From positions 120,406,531-120,470,530 of the forward strand of contig NC_090383.1 of assembly GCF_036365525.1 (NCBI RefSeq): DNA of 64,000 bases. The letters are read 5' to 3'. The translations under genes were made by a program, and so were the position numbers. Origin of the DNA: Heterodontus francisci (lineage: Eukaryota). Below are positions 49,521 through 63,420 of this stretch, in pieces. The notes under the pieces were generated by a model, which was not told the origin of the DNA, ran no database searches, and saw only the letters and a list, made by a program, of their open reading frames with translations. Numbering within the stretch: position 1 is the first letter of the stretch; every line of letters starts with the position of its first letter.

Positions 49521-50229
49521 TTGTGATATAGTACCAAGCTACAGCACACAAGGCTATGGAGGGGAAGCAGATCCAGCAGGATACGTGCTCCGGATCACCG
49601 CCCCTGCTGGAATGGCACATCTGGAGATGTCAGGATTAGGTTTATTTTTCCTTCTCTCAGGATTGGGGCGGAGTTGGGTGGGGGGGGTGGGGGGGGTGGG
49701 GGGGGGGGAGACTCGCTAACAAGGCTGGCATTTAAAGTCCATCACTAATTGAGAACATGCAGTACAACTGAGTGCTCAGAGGACAGTTAAAAGTCAGCCA
49801 TGTTGGTGTAGGACTGGAGTCACATATAGGCCCAGATTGGGTAAGGACGTTAGGTTTCCTTCCCCCAAAGAACATTAGTAAACCAGGTTTTCATGACAAT
49901 CGCAAAGCTTCATGCTCACTCTTACTGAGAGCAGATTTTTATTTCTATGTTTTGTAAACTGAATTCAAATTCTCAAGCTGCCTGTGGTAGGATCTGAACT
50001 CACCTTCTCTGGGTTATTCGTTCAGATCTCCGATTTACTAGTCTAATAACACAACATCTACTGTTCCCAACTCAATCCCTCAGCCACCATTTCCCACACA
50101 GTCGAACATCACTGTTACCAATAACAACTTGCATTTATATAGCAACTTTATCATAGTACAATGCCCCAAAGCGCTTCACAAGAATGTTATCAAACAAAAT
50201 TTAACACTAAGCCACATAAGGAGATATTT

Positions 50230-50570
50230 TTTTTAATTTTTTTATTTAGAGATACAGCACTGAAACAGGCCCTTCGGCCCACCGAGTCTGTGCCGACCAT
50301 CAACCACCCATTTATACTAATCCTACACTAATTCCATATTCCTACCACATCCCCACAATTCCCCTACCACCTACCTATACTAGGGACAATTTATAATGGC
50401 CAATTTACCTATCAACCTGCAAGTCTTTGGCATGTGGGAGGAAACCGGAGCACCCGGAGGAAACCCACGCAGACACAGGGAGAACTTGCAAACTCCACAC
50501 AGGCAGTCCCCAGAATTGAACCCAGGTCACTGGAGCTGTGAGGCTGCGGTGCTAACCACTGCGCCACTGT
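50230..50570 (-). mobile_element. HE1-like V-SINE inserted in an L2 fragment
   Basis: Same family as 11627-11970 and 52302-52625. Confidence 0.85.
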
Positions 50571-50904
50571 GAAGACAAGTGGCCAAAAGCTCAGTAAAAA
50601 GAGGGAGTTTTTAAGCAGTGTCTTAAAGGAAGTGAAAGAAATCGAGAGGCAGAGAGGTTTAGGGTGGAATTCTAGAGCTCAGGGCTCAGGGAGCTGAAGG
50701 TACGGCCACCAATGGTGGAGCGAAGGAAATGGGGAATGTGCAAGAGGTCGAAATTGGAGGAGAGCAAAGATCTTGGAGGAAGTTACAGAGATAGGAAGGG
50801 GGCGAAGTCATGGAGGGATTTGAACAGGACGATAAGAATTTTAAAATTGAGGCATTGCTGGACCGGAAGCCAATGTTGGTCAGTGAGCACAGGGGAAATG
50901 ATGA

Positions 50905-51490
50905 AGAATTGATTGCTTTTCAGACTGGAGGATGGTAGACAGTGGTGTTCCCCAAGGGTCAGTGCTGGGACCACTGCTTTTTTTCCTTATATATAAATGA
51001 CTTGGATCTCCGAATACAGAGTAGAAATACAAAATCTGCCAATGACACCAAACTTGGAGGTGTGTCAAACAGTGAGGGTGTTGTGAACCACCTGTAACAG
51101 GACATAGATAGGCTAGCAGAATGGGCAAAGAGGTGGCAGATGGAATTTAATACTGACAAGTGTGAGGTGATGCATTTTGGCAGAAGGAACAGGGAGAGGC
51201 ACAATAAACTTAATGGCACAGTTCTAAAGAGCATGCAGGAACCGAGGGACCTGGGGGTGCAGGTGCATCGATCTTTGAAGGTGGCAGGACATATTGAGAG
51301 AATGGTTAGTAAAGCGTATGGGATCTTGGGATTCATAAAGAGAGGCATTGAGTACAAAAGTGGAGTTGAGAAGATCAGCTGTGATCTTATTGAATAGTGG
51401 AGCAGACTCGAAGGAACAAATGGCCTACTTCAGCTCTTATCTCTTATGTTCTTGATGGGCCGAATGGCCTCCTGCTGTGTTATAAATGAC
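50905..51490 (+). mobile_element. CR1 RT/3' fragment
   Basis: GVPQGSVLGP; MEFNTDKCEVMHFGRRN (ORF 51140-51397). Confidence 0.85.
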
Positions 51491-52301
51491 TTTGACTCTC
51501 TCTGAGTTAGGACATGGACAGCAGAATTTTGGATGAGCTCAGGTTTATGAAGAGTGGAAGATGGGAGGCTGGCCAGGAGAGCATTGGGGTTAATAATAAT
51601 GTCGAGGGAGCAACTCCAAAGCAGTAAATTATGTAAAACAAAATAAGACCCAGGGTGCAAAAAGGCCATTCTGCCATTCGAGATTGCCCCTCCCACAAAT
51701 CCTGTAAAAGCCACCCCACCACAGACTCTCACACTCGCAACTCCAGGAGAAGGTTTTTGCCTAGTTTTCCCTCCATAGAAATTCCTGCAGGACATTAACT
51801 TGGTGGACATCTGATACTCTGTGCCCAGCCCTCAAATCCCATTCCCCAGCCCCAGTCTTCAAGCTCTCTACCATCCAGTGGGCACAGTCCCACTGAGCCA
51901 TCCAGTGTTCCATTAAGTACCCACCCATCAGTCTCTTATCTATAACCTTCAGTCCCATTCATAAAGACAGAATCAACTAGTTTTTCAAAATGTTCATGTA
52001 CACAGTGTTATCGGAGAGTACAATTACCTTCTGTTCGTTCAGTCTTTTTATCTGCAGATGAAAACAATTCAAATTATGCCATTAAAATTCAGCAACTTAA
52101 TATATTATTCTTTCTCACATTCAGAAAATCTGAATGAATGCCTCATTCAAAGTAAGCAACTACAAATTAAAAAAATACTCTGATCCTACAAGTTCACTGT
52201 GTATGAGTTGTGTGTCAGGGAACGAGTGTGTCAGGCAGCAAGCGTGTCAGGCAGCGAGCGTGTCAGGGTAAATTCCCTACAATCTCTGCTCTACTTCAAA
52301 T

Positions 52302-52625
52302 AGGGCGGCACAGTGGCGCAGTGGTTAGCACCGCAGCCTCACAGCTCCAGCGACCCGGGTTCGATTCTGGGTACTGCCTGTGTGGAGTTTGCAAGTTCTC
52401 CCTGTGACTGCGTGGGTTTCCACTGGGTGCTCCGGTTTCCTCCCACAGCCAAAAACGTGCAGGTTGATAGGTAAATTGGTCATTGTAAATTGCCCCGAGT
52501 GTAGGTCGGTGGTAGGAGAATTGTGGGGATGTGGTAGGGAATATGGGATTAGTATAAAATGGGTTGGCACAGACTCGGTGGGTCAAAGGGCCTGTTTCAG
52601 TGCTGTATCTCTAAACAAAATAAAA
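52302..52625 (+). mobile_element. HE1-like tRNA-derived V-SINE, full length
   Basis: A box tggcgcagtgg, B box gggttcgattc, V-domain, tail ...gctgtatctctaaacaaaataaaa. Confidence 0.9.
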
Positions 52626-53006
52626 AATACAAGGCTGAAACAAAACTTTGAAAATCTCCAGCAACATCAGCAGGGAGAGAGTCCCAGATTACCAAACGCC
52701 CAGGTGTGGTGTTAAGGGAGTGTAAGGGTGGGGGTGAGAGTGACAGGGCAGGATGTGGGGTGTTGGGTGAGAGAGACATGTGGTAGGTAGGGGTGAGAAT
52801 GGGGATGTGCGGTCAGGAATGGGAGTGGGGGGGGAGGGGGTATATCCTGACCCAGTGGTCCAGGGCTGCTCCCATTGCACTCAGGCTGAGCGGCGCCTTT
52901 GGAATTGGGATATGGAGCGAGTGGAAAGTTCTGAATGTGGGACAGTGGGAAGTGCAAACAGTGTGGACACTCTCTCTCTCTCACTGATGCCATTGCAGAC
53001 ACTTAC

Positions 53007-53540
53007 CCCGCCTGGGAGAGCGCAGGGTCCGCAGCAAGCTGCACTGCTCTGGGGAAGTCTGGATCCCCGTCCCGGCCGCTCTCAATCCCGCTTTACTCGG
53101 ACCTTTAACAGCAGCCGGATGCTTGGAGAGAGACCGAAATCCCGGACCGGAGTTTCGGAAAATCAGGATCAATTCCGCTCTATTCCTCCCCTAGCATTCC
53201 CATCACTGTAAACATTGCTTCACAAATTCCCCTAAATTAGTAACAAAAACACAGGAACCTTTTTGATTGGCTGAATCAGACGTTTTGGCAAAAAAGCAGC
53301 GGAGTTTGAATGTGGCACTAAGATGTGTTTAAAATCCAGGCCTGGTTTTGTGAACAGTTTGTACAACTGGTTGTAAACAGCAAATCCACGCGGCTGGAGT
53401 TGGTGAAGGGGATAAACTGGGAATGAGATTGGGAAGAGGGAGAGGGAGAGGGAATGGGATCGGGATGAGGGTGATGGATCTGAGCGGGAAGCGGAATGCC
53501 GCTGGAATGGGGCGGTCGGAATTCCCCAGGGCTGGCGGGT
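53007..53540 (-). promoter_or_regulatory. Probable CpG-rich promoter and non-coding exon 1 of the ZNF395-like gene
   Basis: Unique CpG-enriched stretch; donor cggg|gtaagt at 53007/53006; CCAAT box on the minus strand at 53266-53270; GC-box-like ggggcgg near 53510. Confidence 0.6.
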
Positions 53541-54789
53541 TTAATATAAACCCCAGGATTAATAATTATTAAAGTAATTTAATAAAATTAAAGATCTCAC
53601 TCTGTAAGATGAGCAACATTATCAAAGGCCAGAGTGGACTAGAAACAGGCTGGGGCATTAGTTATTATCTTGATATTTTAATTCAGAATTTCACTTTTTC
53701 ATCCTGAGATTTTACTGCACCGCTCTCCTTCACCCGCTTAAAGTTTCTCTGCTATTTGAAAGTTTGGTGGAATCCACAAACTTGGGCAAACAACGTTTCA
53801 ATTTCAATCTCATTTCAGTGCCTTTAAAAATCCCAATGCGATGCAGATTTACAGCAGCTCCGTGCAATCCGTGTTCTTTAGTGGTTCCATGTACTTTCCT
53901 GGAGCTCCTCCTTTGAGTTTGTTCCACTGTGTTACTGTTCATGGTGTACGTGCCAAGTCTCACATCATCACCCGCGCCCCTCCCTCCCCCCTGTTAAAGA
54001 ACAGGACAGAATGTGAATCAGCTCAGAGGGTCAGAGACTGAAAGAACCCAGAGACCCTCCCACACTACAACTCAACCCCCAGCCTTTTTCAAAATCCAAA
54101 CCGAGTCCTGTGCTGTGCTTGGAAAATTATTTCAACAATCTTCCATTTCTATATTGCCTTTAATGTAATAAAACATTCCCAGGTGCTTGGCTGGAGCATT
54201 ATAGGATAAAATTTGATATTGAACTACAAATGGCGATATTAGGTAAAATGACCAAAAGCTTGGTGAAAGAGGTCGGTTTTAAGGAGCATCTTAAAGGAGG
54301 GAGGGGTGGAGAGATTTAGGGAGGGAATTCCAGAGCTTAGGGCCCAGGCAGCTGAAGGCACGGCCACCAATGGTGGGGCGATTAGAATGGAGGATGTTCA
54401 AGAGGCCAGAATTAGAGGAGCGCAGATATCCAGGAGGGTTGTGAGGCTGGAGAAGGTTACAGAGATAGGGAGGGGCGAGGCTATGGAGAGATTTGAAAAC
54501 AAATTTCAGAGAGGTTTATGAGATTTTAACTCGTACAAAATCCATTCACTTAGAGTTAAAATCAGGCCCTTCATGCCCCCTTGCCACAAAGGAATCAAAT
54601 GGTGTCAGCTTCAGCTGAGGGATTCTTCGAGCCCCAGTCCAAAGTACTTGAGCACACACTCCACCACAGTGTAGAGGTAGAGCTGCACTGTTCGAAGTTC
54701 CCAATTTCAGGGGTTTGAGTTTTAGGGATAGACTGGAACTACTTGGCTGTGCACTCTGGAAGGCAAACACCTTATCGAGTGGATATGAC

Positions 54790-55336
54790 ATATGAACATA
54801 CAAATTAGGAGCAGAAGTAGGCCATTCGGCCCCTCTAGCCTGCTCCGCCATTCGGATGGCTGATCCGTTTGTGTCTCGAATTCCACACTCCCATCTACCC
54901 CCGATTACCTTTGATTCCCTTGCGTAACAAGAATCTATCTACCTTCTCCTTAAAATTATTCAATGACCCCGCCTCCACCATCTTCTCAGGTAGAGTTCCA
55001 AGGTCGCACCACCCTCTGAGAGAAAAAATTTCTCCCCATCTCTGTCCTACAAGGGCGACCCCTAATTTTAAAACAGTGCCCCCTAGTTCTGGACTCACCC
55101 ACAAGAGGAAACATCCTTTCCACATCCACCTTGTCAAGACTGTCCAGGATCTTATATACGTCAATCAAGTCTCCCCTCACTCTTCTAGACTACAGTGAAA
55201 ACAAGCTCAGTCTGTCCAACCTTTCCACATAAGACAACCCGCTCATTCCAGGTATCAATCTAGTAAACCTCTTCTGAACCGCCTCCAACACATTCACATC
55301 CTTCCTTAAATAAGGAGACCAAAACAGCACACAGTA
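54790..55336 (-). mobile_element. CR1 3' fragment
   Basis: ORF 54986-55180 RGDLIDVYKIL...FFSQRVV; CR1 tail at ~54790. Confidence 0.85.
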
Positions 55337-55944
55337 TCCTGTTAAGGGGATAGCAACAGATAATACAAGTTAATACTGCAAACTGGAAGAACCAATAGGT
55401 CTTTTACTGTCTGTCATTTTTATATCAGTGTATTTTTATTTTGATGCATGAGATCAGCAAGGTCTCATATATCTGATCACTTGGAGACACTGCAACACAC
55501 ACGCGTGACTGTTTGCGAGTGCAGATTACATACATTCATATAAACAGAAGACTGTGTACATTTATATATGCTGCAGAGTGTGTACATATAGACTGAGGGT
55601 GTGCCCGTGATGACACTCCTGTGAAACACCTTGCAATGTTAAACACACTATATAATGGAAGTAGTCGTTGAAATTTCTCAGAATATGAGCAACCAGCGTA
55701 AGCAGCACTGAATGGAACATTTCTTGTCCCAGGACTGCCCGAGAACAAAGGAACGAAAGGACATTAGCACCGAATGGTGTTAACAATGAGACACAGCTGC
55801 TCCCATATTTACAGGGGTTAATCTGTGTAATGTCAAGAGCTGTGACACAATCTGTGTGAAGAAACTAGTCAGGACTCCACCAAATATTATCCCCTTTCAC
55901 AATAAAAAGATTAACTTTCAAGCTGCTGTGGAGAGACAGAATGT

Positions 55945-58265
55945 GCCTCCCTCTCCCCATCCCTCACCCCTCCTCATCCCTCCTCATCCCTCCTCATCCC
56001 TCATCCCTCCCCCCTCCCCATCCCTCACCCTTCTCATCCCTCACCCCTCCTTATCCCTTACCTCTCCCCATCCCTCACCCCTCCTCATCCCTCCTCATCC
56101 CTCCTCATCCCTCATCCCTCCCCCCTCCCCATCCCTCAACCCTCCCCATCGCTCACCCCTCCTCACCCGTTACCTCTCCCCATCCCTCACCCCTCCTCAT
56201 CACTCACCCCTCCTCATTCCTTACCTCTCCCCATCCCTCACCCCTCCCCATCCCTCAACCCTCCCATCGCTCACCCCTCCTCACCCCTTACCTCTCCCCA
56301 TCCCTCACCCCTCCTTATCCCTCAACCATCCCCATCCCTCACCCCTCCTCATCACTCACCCCTCCTCATTCCTTACCTCTCCCCATCCCTCACCCCTCCT
56401 CATCCCTCAACCCTCCCCATCCCTCACCCCTCCTCATCCCTCACCCCTCCTCATCCCTCAACCCTCCCCATCCTTCACCCCTCCTTATCCCTCACCTCTC
56501 ATCATCCCTCACCCCTCCTCATCACTCACCCCTCCTCATCCCTCACCCCTCCTCATCCCTCCCCATCCCTCACCCCTCCTCATACCTTACCTCTCCCCAT
56601 CCCTCACCCCTCCTCATCCCTCAATCCTACCCATCCCTCACCCCTCCTCATCCCTCACCCCTCCTCATCACTCACCCCTCCTCATCCCTCAACCCTCCCC
56701 ATCCCTCACCCCTCCTCATCCCTCACCCCTCCTCATCCCTCAACCCTCCCCATCCTTCACCCCTCCTTATCCCTCACCTCTCATCATCCCTCACCCCTCC
56801 TCATCACTCACCCCTCCTCATCCCTCATCCCTCCCCCCTCCCCATCCCTCACCCTTCTCATCCCTCACCCCTCCTTATCCCTTACCTCTCCCCATCCCTC
56901 ACCCCTCCTCATCCCTCCTCATCCCTCCTCATCCCTCATCCCTCCCCCCTCCCCATCCCTCAACCCTCCCCATCGCTCACCCCTCCTCACCCGTTACCTC
57001 TCCCCATCCCTCACCCCTCCTCATCACTCACCCCTCCTCATTCCTTACCTCTCCCCATCCCTCACCCCTCCCCATCCCTCAACCCTCCCATCGCTCACCC
57101 CTCCTCACCCCTTACCTCTCCCCATCCCTCACCCCTCCTTATCCCTCAACCATCCCCATCCCTCACCCCTCCTCATCACTCACCCCTCCTCATTCCTTAC
57201 CTCTCCCCATCCCTCACCCCTCCTCATCCCTCAACCCTCCCCATCCCTCACCCCTCCTCATCCCTCACCCCTCCTCATCCCTCAACCCTCCCCATCCTTC
57301 ACCCCTCCTTATCCCTCACCTCTCATCATCCCTCACCCCTCCTCATCACTCACCCCTCCTCATCCCTCACCCCTCCTCATCCCTCCCCATCCCTCACCCC
57401 TCCTCATACCTTACCTCTCCCCATCCCTCACCCCTCCTCATCCCTCAATCCTACCCATCCCTCACCCCTCCTCATCCCTCACCCCTCCTCATCACTCACC
57501 CCTCCTCATCCCTCACCCCTCCTCATCCCTCACCTCTCCTCATCCCTCACCCCTCCTCATCCCTCATCCCTTTTCATCCCTCACCCCTCCCTCCCCACCT
57601 TCACCCTTTCTCATCCCTCACCCCTCCCTCCCCACCCCTCACACCTCCTCATCCTTCAGCCTTCACACCTCCTCACCCTCACACCTCCTCACCCCTCACA
57701 TCTCCTTATCCCCTGCCCCTCATCCCTCCTCACCCTCTTCACCCCTCCATACAACCTCACCTCTCCCTCCTGTCCCTCACACTTCCTCATCCCTCCCCTC
57801 TCCTCAGCCCTCACCCCTCCTCATCCCTCACCGCTCACCTCCTCAGCCCCCACCCCTCATCCCTCCTCACGCCTCCATACAACCTCACCTCTCCCTCCCC
57901 ACCCCTCATGCCTCCTTATTCCTCCCCCCTCCTCAGCCCTTACCCCTCCTCATCCCTCACTGCTCACACCTCCTCAGCCCCCACCCCTCACCCCTCCTTA
58001 CCCCTCCATACAACCTCACCTCTCCCAGCCCAACCCTCACCCCTCTTCATCCCTCAGCCCTCCCTCCCCCACCCCTCACCCTTCTATACAACCTCACCTC
58101 ACCTCCCCTCCCTTGCCCGACCCCTCACTCCTCCTCATTCCTCACCCCTCCCTAAAACCTCCCCTCCCCCCACCCCTCACCTCCCCCTCCCTCTCCCCAC
58201 CTCTTCACCTCCCTCTCACCTGCCCCTCACCTCTCCCCATCCCAACTCCCCCCTCCCCCCACCCC
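55945..58265. repeat. C/T-rich low-complexity tract (CCCTCA/CCTCAT-like units) with an internal ~0.82-kb duplication
   Basis: Almost G-free plus strand; marker ccatcgctcacccctcctcacccgttacc at ~56146 and ~56970. Confidence 0.95.
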
Positions 58266-58639
58266 CACTGTGCTCCATTATAAATGCGATAGAGCTGTAC
58301 TAAGGCCCATGATTGACATCACAGGCCCTGCCCTGGAGCCAGGCATCAAAAATTCTTTCATTACAACAACAATTGCCAAAGGAAAACAGCAACAAACAGA
58401 GCAACTGTGCACAGATGCTCACCAGCACCATCCCGTGCACTGTTAATGATCGAAGATTGCCTGAGGCAGCGACTGAGCCTTGAGTGAGGAGGGTACGGGC
58501 GAGGGCGCAGAGACGGGACAGGAAAAACAAGGAAGACTTACATTTTAATAACGCCTTTCATGACTACAGGACGTCCCAAAACGCTTTACAGCCAATGAGG
58601 TACTTTTGAAGTGTAGTCGGTATTGGAATGTAGAAAGCA

Positions 58640-61060
58640 CAGTAACTGGATACTGCAAAAGCTATGGGCCCTGACCACATTCTGGCAATAGTACTGAAGA
58701 CCTGTGCTCCAGAACGTGCCACGCCCCTAGCCAAGCTGTTCCAGTACAGCTACAGCACTGGCATCGACCTCTCGGAAATGCCCTCCGTGCCATTCCAATC
58801 GGCGCGGAGGGGTTTCCTGTACGGGCTGCTCCTGCACACTCTCCACTTCCTCGCCCTCGTCAGCCGGCCGGACACGCCCTGGCGGTCCGCGTTGCCATCT
58901 GGCGGCGAGGGGAAACCCCGATGGAGGTCTCTCTACGCGGGAGTCTTCCCCCTTTACATCGGGGACCTGGGATGGAGGGTGCTGCACAGAGCAGTCCCGT
59001 GCAATAGACTTTTAAGTAGGTTCACGGACTCCCAGGCCGCCTGTACTTTCTGCGGCCTGGACGAGTCCGTGTTCCATGTTTATACGGAGTGTGCGAGGTT
59101 GCAGCCCCTCTTTGAGTATCTGAAGGGGCTGCTCCTCAAATTCTGGCTGCACTTCAGTCCCACGCTCCTGATCTTTGGGCACCCGGTGCAGAGGGGCTTG
59201 GGCCGGGAGGAGGATCTCCTCGTCGGTCTGCTCCTGGGCCTGGCCAAGGTGGCAATTCACAGGTCCAGGTTGCGGGCCGTCGGGGGGTCCGTCCTCCCCG
59301 ATTGCCTGCCCCTCTTCCGCGGTTACGTTCGCGCCCGGGTGTCCCTGGAAAAGGAGCATGCGGTGTCCGCCGGTACGCTTGAGGCCTTCCGCGACCGGTG
59401 GGCACCGCAGGGACTGGAGTGCATTGTCGACGCCGAGAATGGCATTTTAATTTGAGTTTTTTGTTTATTTATCTGGTTTTAATAAAGTTATTTTAAAAAT
59501 ATAAGTGTGTATATAAAGGGGGCCTGAGGAATAAAGGCCCCCTCGACATAAAAAATATATATAAAAGGGGCCTGGGGTATAAAGGTCACCTTAAAAAAAA
59601 AAAAAACTGGCATCGACCTGGCAATGTAGAAAGTTGCCCAAGTACGTCCTGTACACAAAAGGCAGGACAAGTCCAACCTGGCCAATTACCGCCCCTCTAA
59701 TCTACTCTCAATCATCAGTAAAGTGATGGAAGGTGTCGTCAACAGTGCTATCAAACAGCACTTGCTTAGCAATAACCTGCTCAGTGATGCTCAGTTTGGG
59801 TTCCGCCAGGGCCACTCAGCTCCTGACCTCACTACAGCCTTGGTTCAAACATGGACAAAAGAGCTGAACTCAAGAGGTGAGGTGAGAGTGACTGCCCTTG
59901 ACATCAAGGCAGCATTTGACCGAGTATGGCATCAAGGAGCCCTAGAAAAACTGGAGTCAATAGGAATCAGGGGGAAAACACTCCGCTGGGTGGAGTCATA
60001 CCTAGCACAGAGGAAGATGGTTGTGGTTGTTGGCGGTCAATCATCTGAGCTCAGGACATCACTGCAGCAGTTCCTCAGGGTAGTGTCCTAGGCCCAACCA
60101 TCTTCAGCTGCTTCATCAATGACCTTCCTTCAATCATGAGGTCAGAAGTGGGGATGGTCGCTGATGATTGCACAATGTTCAGCACCATTCGTGACTCCTC
60201 AGATACTGAAGCAGTTCGTGTAGAAATGCAGCAAGACCTGGGGAATATCCAGGCTTGGGCTGATAAATGGCAAGTAACATTTGCGCCACACAAGTGCCAG
60301 GCAATGACCATCTCCAACAAGAGAGAATCTAACCATCTCCCTTTGACATTCAGTGGCATTACCCATCGCTGAATCCCCTACTATCAACATCCTAGGGACC
60401 ACCATTGACCAGAAACTGAACTGGAGTAGTCATATAAATACTGTGGCTACAAGAGCAGGTCAGAGGCTAGGAATCCTGTGGCGAGTAACTCACCTCCTGA
60501 CTTCCCAAAGCCTGCCACCATCTACAGGGCACAAGTCAGGAGTGTGATGGAATACTCTCCACTTGACTGGATGGGTGCAGCTCCAACAACACTCAAGAAG
60601 TTCGACACCATCCAGGACAAAACAGCCCACTTGATTGGCACCCCATCTACAAACATTCACTCCCTCCACCACCGACGCACAGTGGCAGCAGTGTGTACCA
60701 TCTACAAGATGCACTGCAGCAAGGCACCAAGGCTCCTTAGACAGCACCTTCCAAACCTGTGAGCTTTACCAACTAAAAGGACAAGGGCAGCAGATACATA
60801 GGAACACCACCACCTGCAAGTTCCCCTCCAAGTCACACACCATCCTGACTTGGAACTATATCGCCATTACTTCACTGTCACTGGGTCAAAATCCTGGAAC
60901 TCCCTTCCTAACAGCACTGTGGGTGTACCTACCCCACATGGACTGCAGTGGTTCAAGAAGGCAGCTCACCACCACCTTCTCAAGGGCAATGTGGGATATG
61001 GGCATTGGTGAGCAATAAATACTGGCCCTGCCAGCGTGCTCACATCCTGTGAATGAGTCA
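58640..61060 (+). mobile_element. CR1/L2-group LINE (RT to 3' end), interrupted by a Tx1 insertion
   Basis: GPDHILAIVLKTCAPE..., QFGFRQGHS, LDIKAAFDRVWHQG, ADD; tail shared with SINE family B. Confidence 0.9.
58771..59605 (+). mobile_element. Young 5'-truncated L1-Tx1 element (zf-RVT C-terminus) with poly(A) and 14-bp TSD
   Basis: TSD actggcatcgacct at 58757-58770 and 59606-59619; open frame with DLGWRVLH...CTFCGLDESVFHVYTEC to stop at 59455; CpG-rich. Confidence 0.9.
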
Positions 61061-63420
61061 GAGAGTCATAACGGCACGAAGGTGGCTATTCAGCCCATCG
61101 AGTCGAAGCTGGCTGTCTGTAGAGCATCCAATCCACCCCAATCCCTGGCTCTATCTAGTAACCCTGTAAGTTTATTTCCCTCAAGTGCCCATTCAATTTT
61201 CTTTTGAAATCATTCATTGTCTCCGCTTCCACCTCCCTCGTAGGCAGCGAGTTCCAGGAAACGAATTTAAAAAAGGAAACACAAACACTGAACATGCTGA
61301 AGCTTACAGTTCTAACTCTATTTCAATGAAAAAAAGCTTTAGATTTTCCCATTACAATCTAAAAAATGAAGTTACTCTTGTTCAATATCAAAAAACATAT
61401 TGAAAAACAGGCAAGCATTTTGTGCTAAAATACTGTCATAAAATTCTGCATTGCAAGCATCATTGCATCTTTGCTGATTGGGCTACTGAAGAGTTGGGCT
61501 TTAAATATTTGCTCTTCACCATCCTCCTCTTCCTGAGGCCTGGTTTGTTATTGTTCCTCTTTAGCAATGAGGCGAGTGCATCTTGTCCGCAGCGTGCAAT
61601 GTTGTGCCAGCTCGTTCAAGGTCACATTTGAAGTCATTGCGCAGAACATGCGAAATACTGGACAAATGCAAATGAATAGAGGGGACTAATTGTATTATGT
61701 ATTTGCCTCTTGAATATGAGTTACTACTGACTCTCGCAAGGGGTGTCTGCAGATTCCACAATGATGTCACTGGGCACAGTGATAGCAGTTATCCCTCGGA
61801 TTGTATCTTCCTGCTCGAATGATTGGGAAAATCTCCTGAATTCCTCAAGATATATGCATCATTTGCATGCTCCAGAAAACCAGAATTCACTTGTGTACCA
61901 TGTATAGGGAGCAACACCCTTCTCTGTTTGGAGTAGAGAAAGAGCTTTGTTTGAAGCTGTGCGAATAGTGTCAAAAAAACAGTCAGCGGTTCCCGGGGAG
62001 CGACACAACTCGTAAAATTGACTCTCACTCTGTCACTTTGAAACGTGGGCACTAATGATTGGAAGTCATCTTAACACATTGTCAAGATATCTCAACATAG
62101 GTCAAAGGTGAATTATTCTCAGAGTGTACTGAGTGTTTTGCAGTAAATAAAAAAAAATCACTGAACAGGTGGATTAAAACAGACGGTGTGCAATTTTAGA
62201 TAGGACACTGGTTCCAAACTCAGAGACAGAGTGTGAATCAGTTCAAACGATTCCTGGTCCTAAGGCAGCTTGCCAATTCCCCTGAAACAACAGTGTGGTT
62301 TTGTCAGGAAATGATTGATAGGCTGGTTTGACACAATTGAACAGAGCATTTGGGGCTGCAATGAATCTGTCGTAACATGAAGAGTAAGACACAGGACCTG
62401 CTGAGGCAGATCATCACTTCTGCTGACAGTAAGGAAACTAGTCAAACGCTGAGCATCATCTAATTCAACAGGGAGGTGCTGAGTTATCACCGGAAATTCC
62501 GTTGCTGACTCACACTTACCACATGCAGCTTAGAAATGGAGAAAGGATCAGCTGTTTGCATTTGGTCCTTATCAAAATCGGTGAGTGTTGCTCATGATTC
62601 CTTTTCATCCTCTTCAACGTCTCTGCAGTATTCAGGTCAGCTAACCACACTATCCACCTCCAGTGCCTCTCCTCCATAGATACACTGCTCTGGAATCCCT
62701 CTGCTTTCTCATCTACATGCTGCCCCTCAGTGACATCACTGGCATTTATGGCATAATCCTCCACATTTGTTGATAACACACAGCTTTACCTCTCCACTAC
62801 CTCTGTGTTGTCAGATTGTTTGTCCGACATTCAGTCTTGGATAAGAACATAAGAAATAGGAGCAGGACTAGGCCATTCAGCCCCTCAAGCCTGCCTCACC
62901 ATTCAATAAGATCATGGCTGACCTGTCCCGGGCCTCAACTCCTCTTTCGGGCCTGCCTCGACTCCCTCGACTCCCTGAGATTTCAAAAATCTATCTACCA
63001 ATTTCTCTAACTTAATGTCGGGAAGACCAAAACCATCTTCATCAGCTCCAGCCAGAAACTCCTCACTATTTATTCTGTACCCCCACTGCTCACTACCTCA
63101 AGCTAAACAAATAGTCAGATAACAAGGGGCAGGGGCTGTTGGACAAAATTCAGGATGTTTCCAGGGGGTGGATGGGGCCCAAACCTCCCCCAGAGTGCAC
63201 AGCTACTGCCATGTTTCCTGGTCGGTATCCTCCTGAAACCTATCCACCATGGATGTTTTACCTAATCCTAGAATATCTGGTGGGGTCAGGAACCCAGGCT
63301 CTCAGACAACTGACCCCAGAACTTCTGTTGGGATCAGACGGTCACGGTTTTCTAATGCCATTTTCTTTGAATTCAGCCAATCAGAGTCACAACATTCCAT
63401 TAGAGTATCTCAGTGACAAT

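Noticed and set aside
52302-52375. tRNA gene
   Set aside because: tRNA-derived head of an HE1-like SINE present in three copies.
55856-58303. 815-aa and 780-aa extensin-like proteins
   Set aside because: Low-complexity C-rich DNA open in two frames; non-ATG starts and no splice context.
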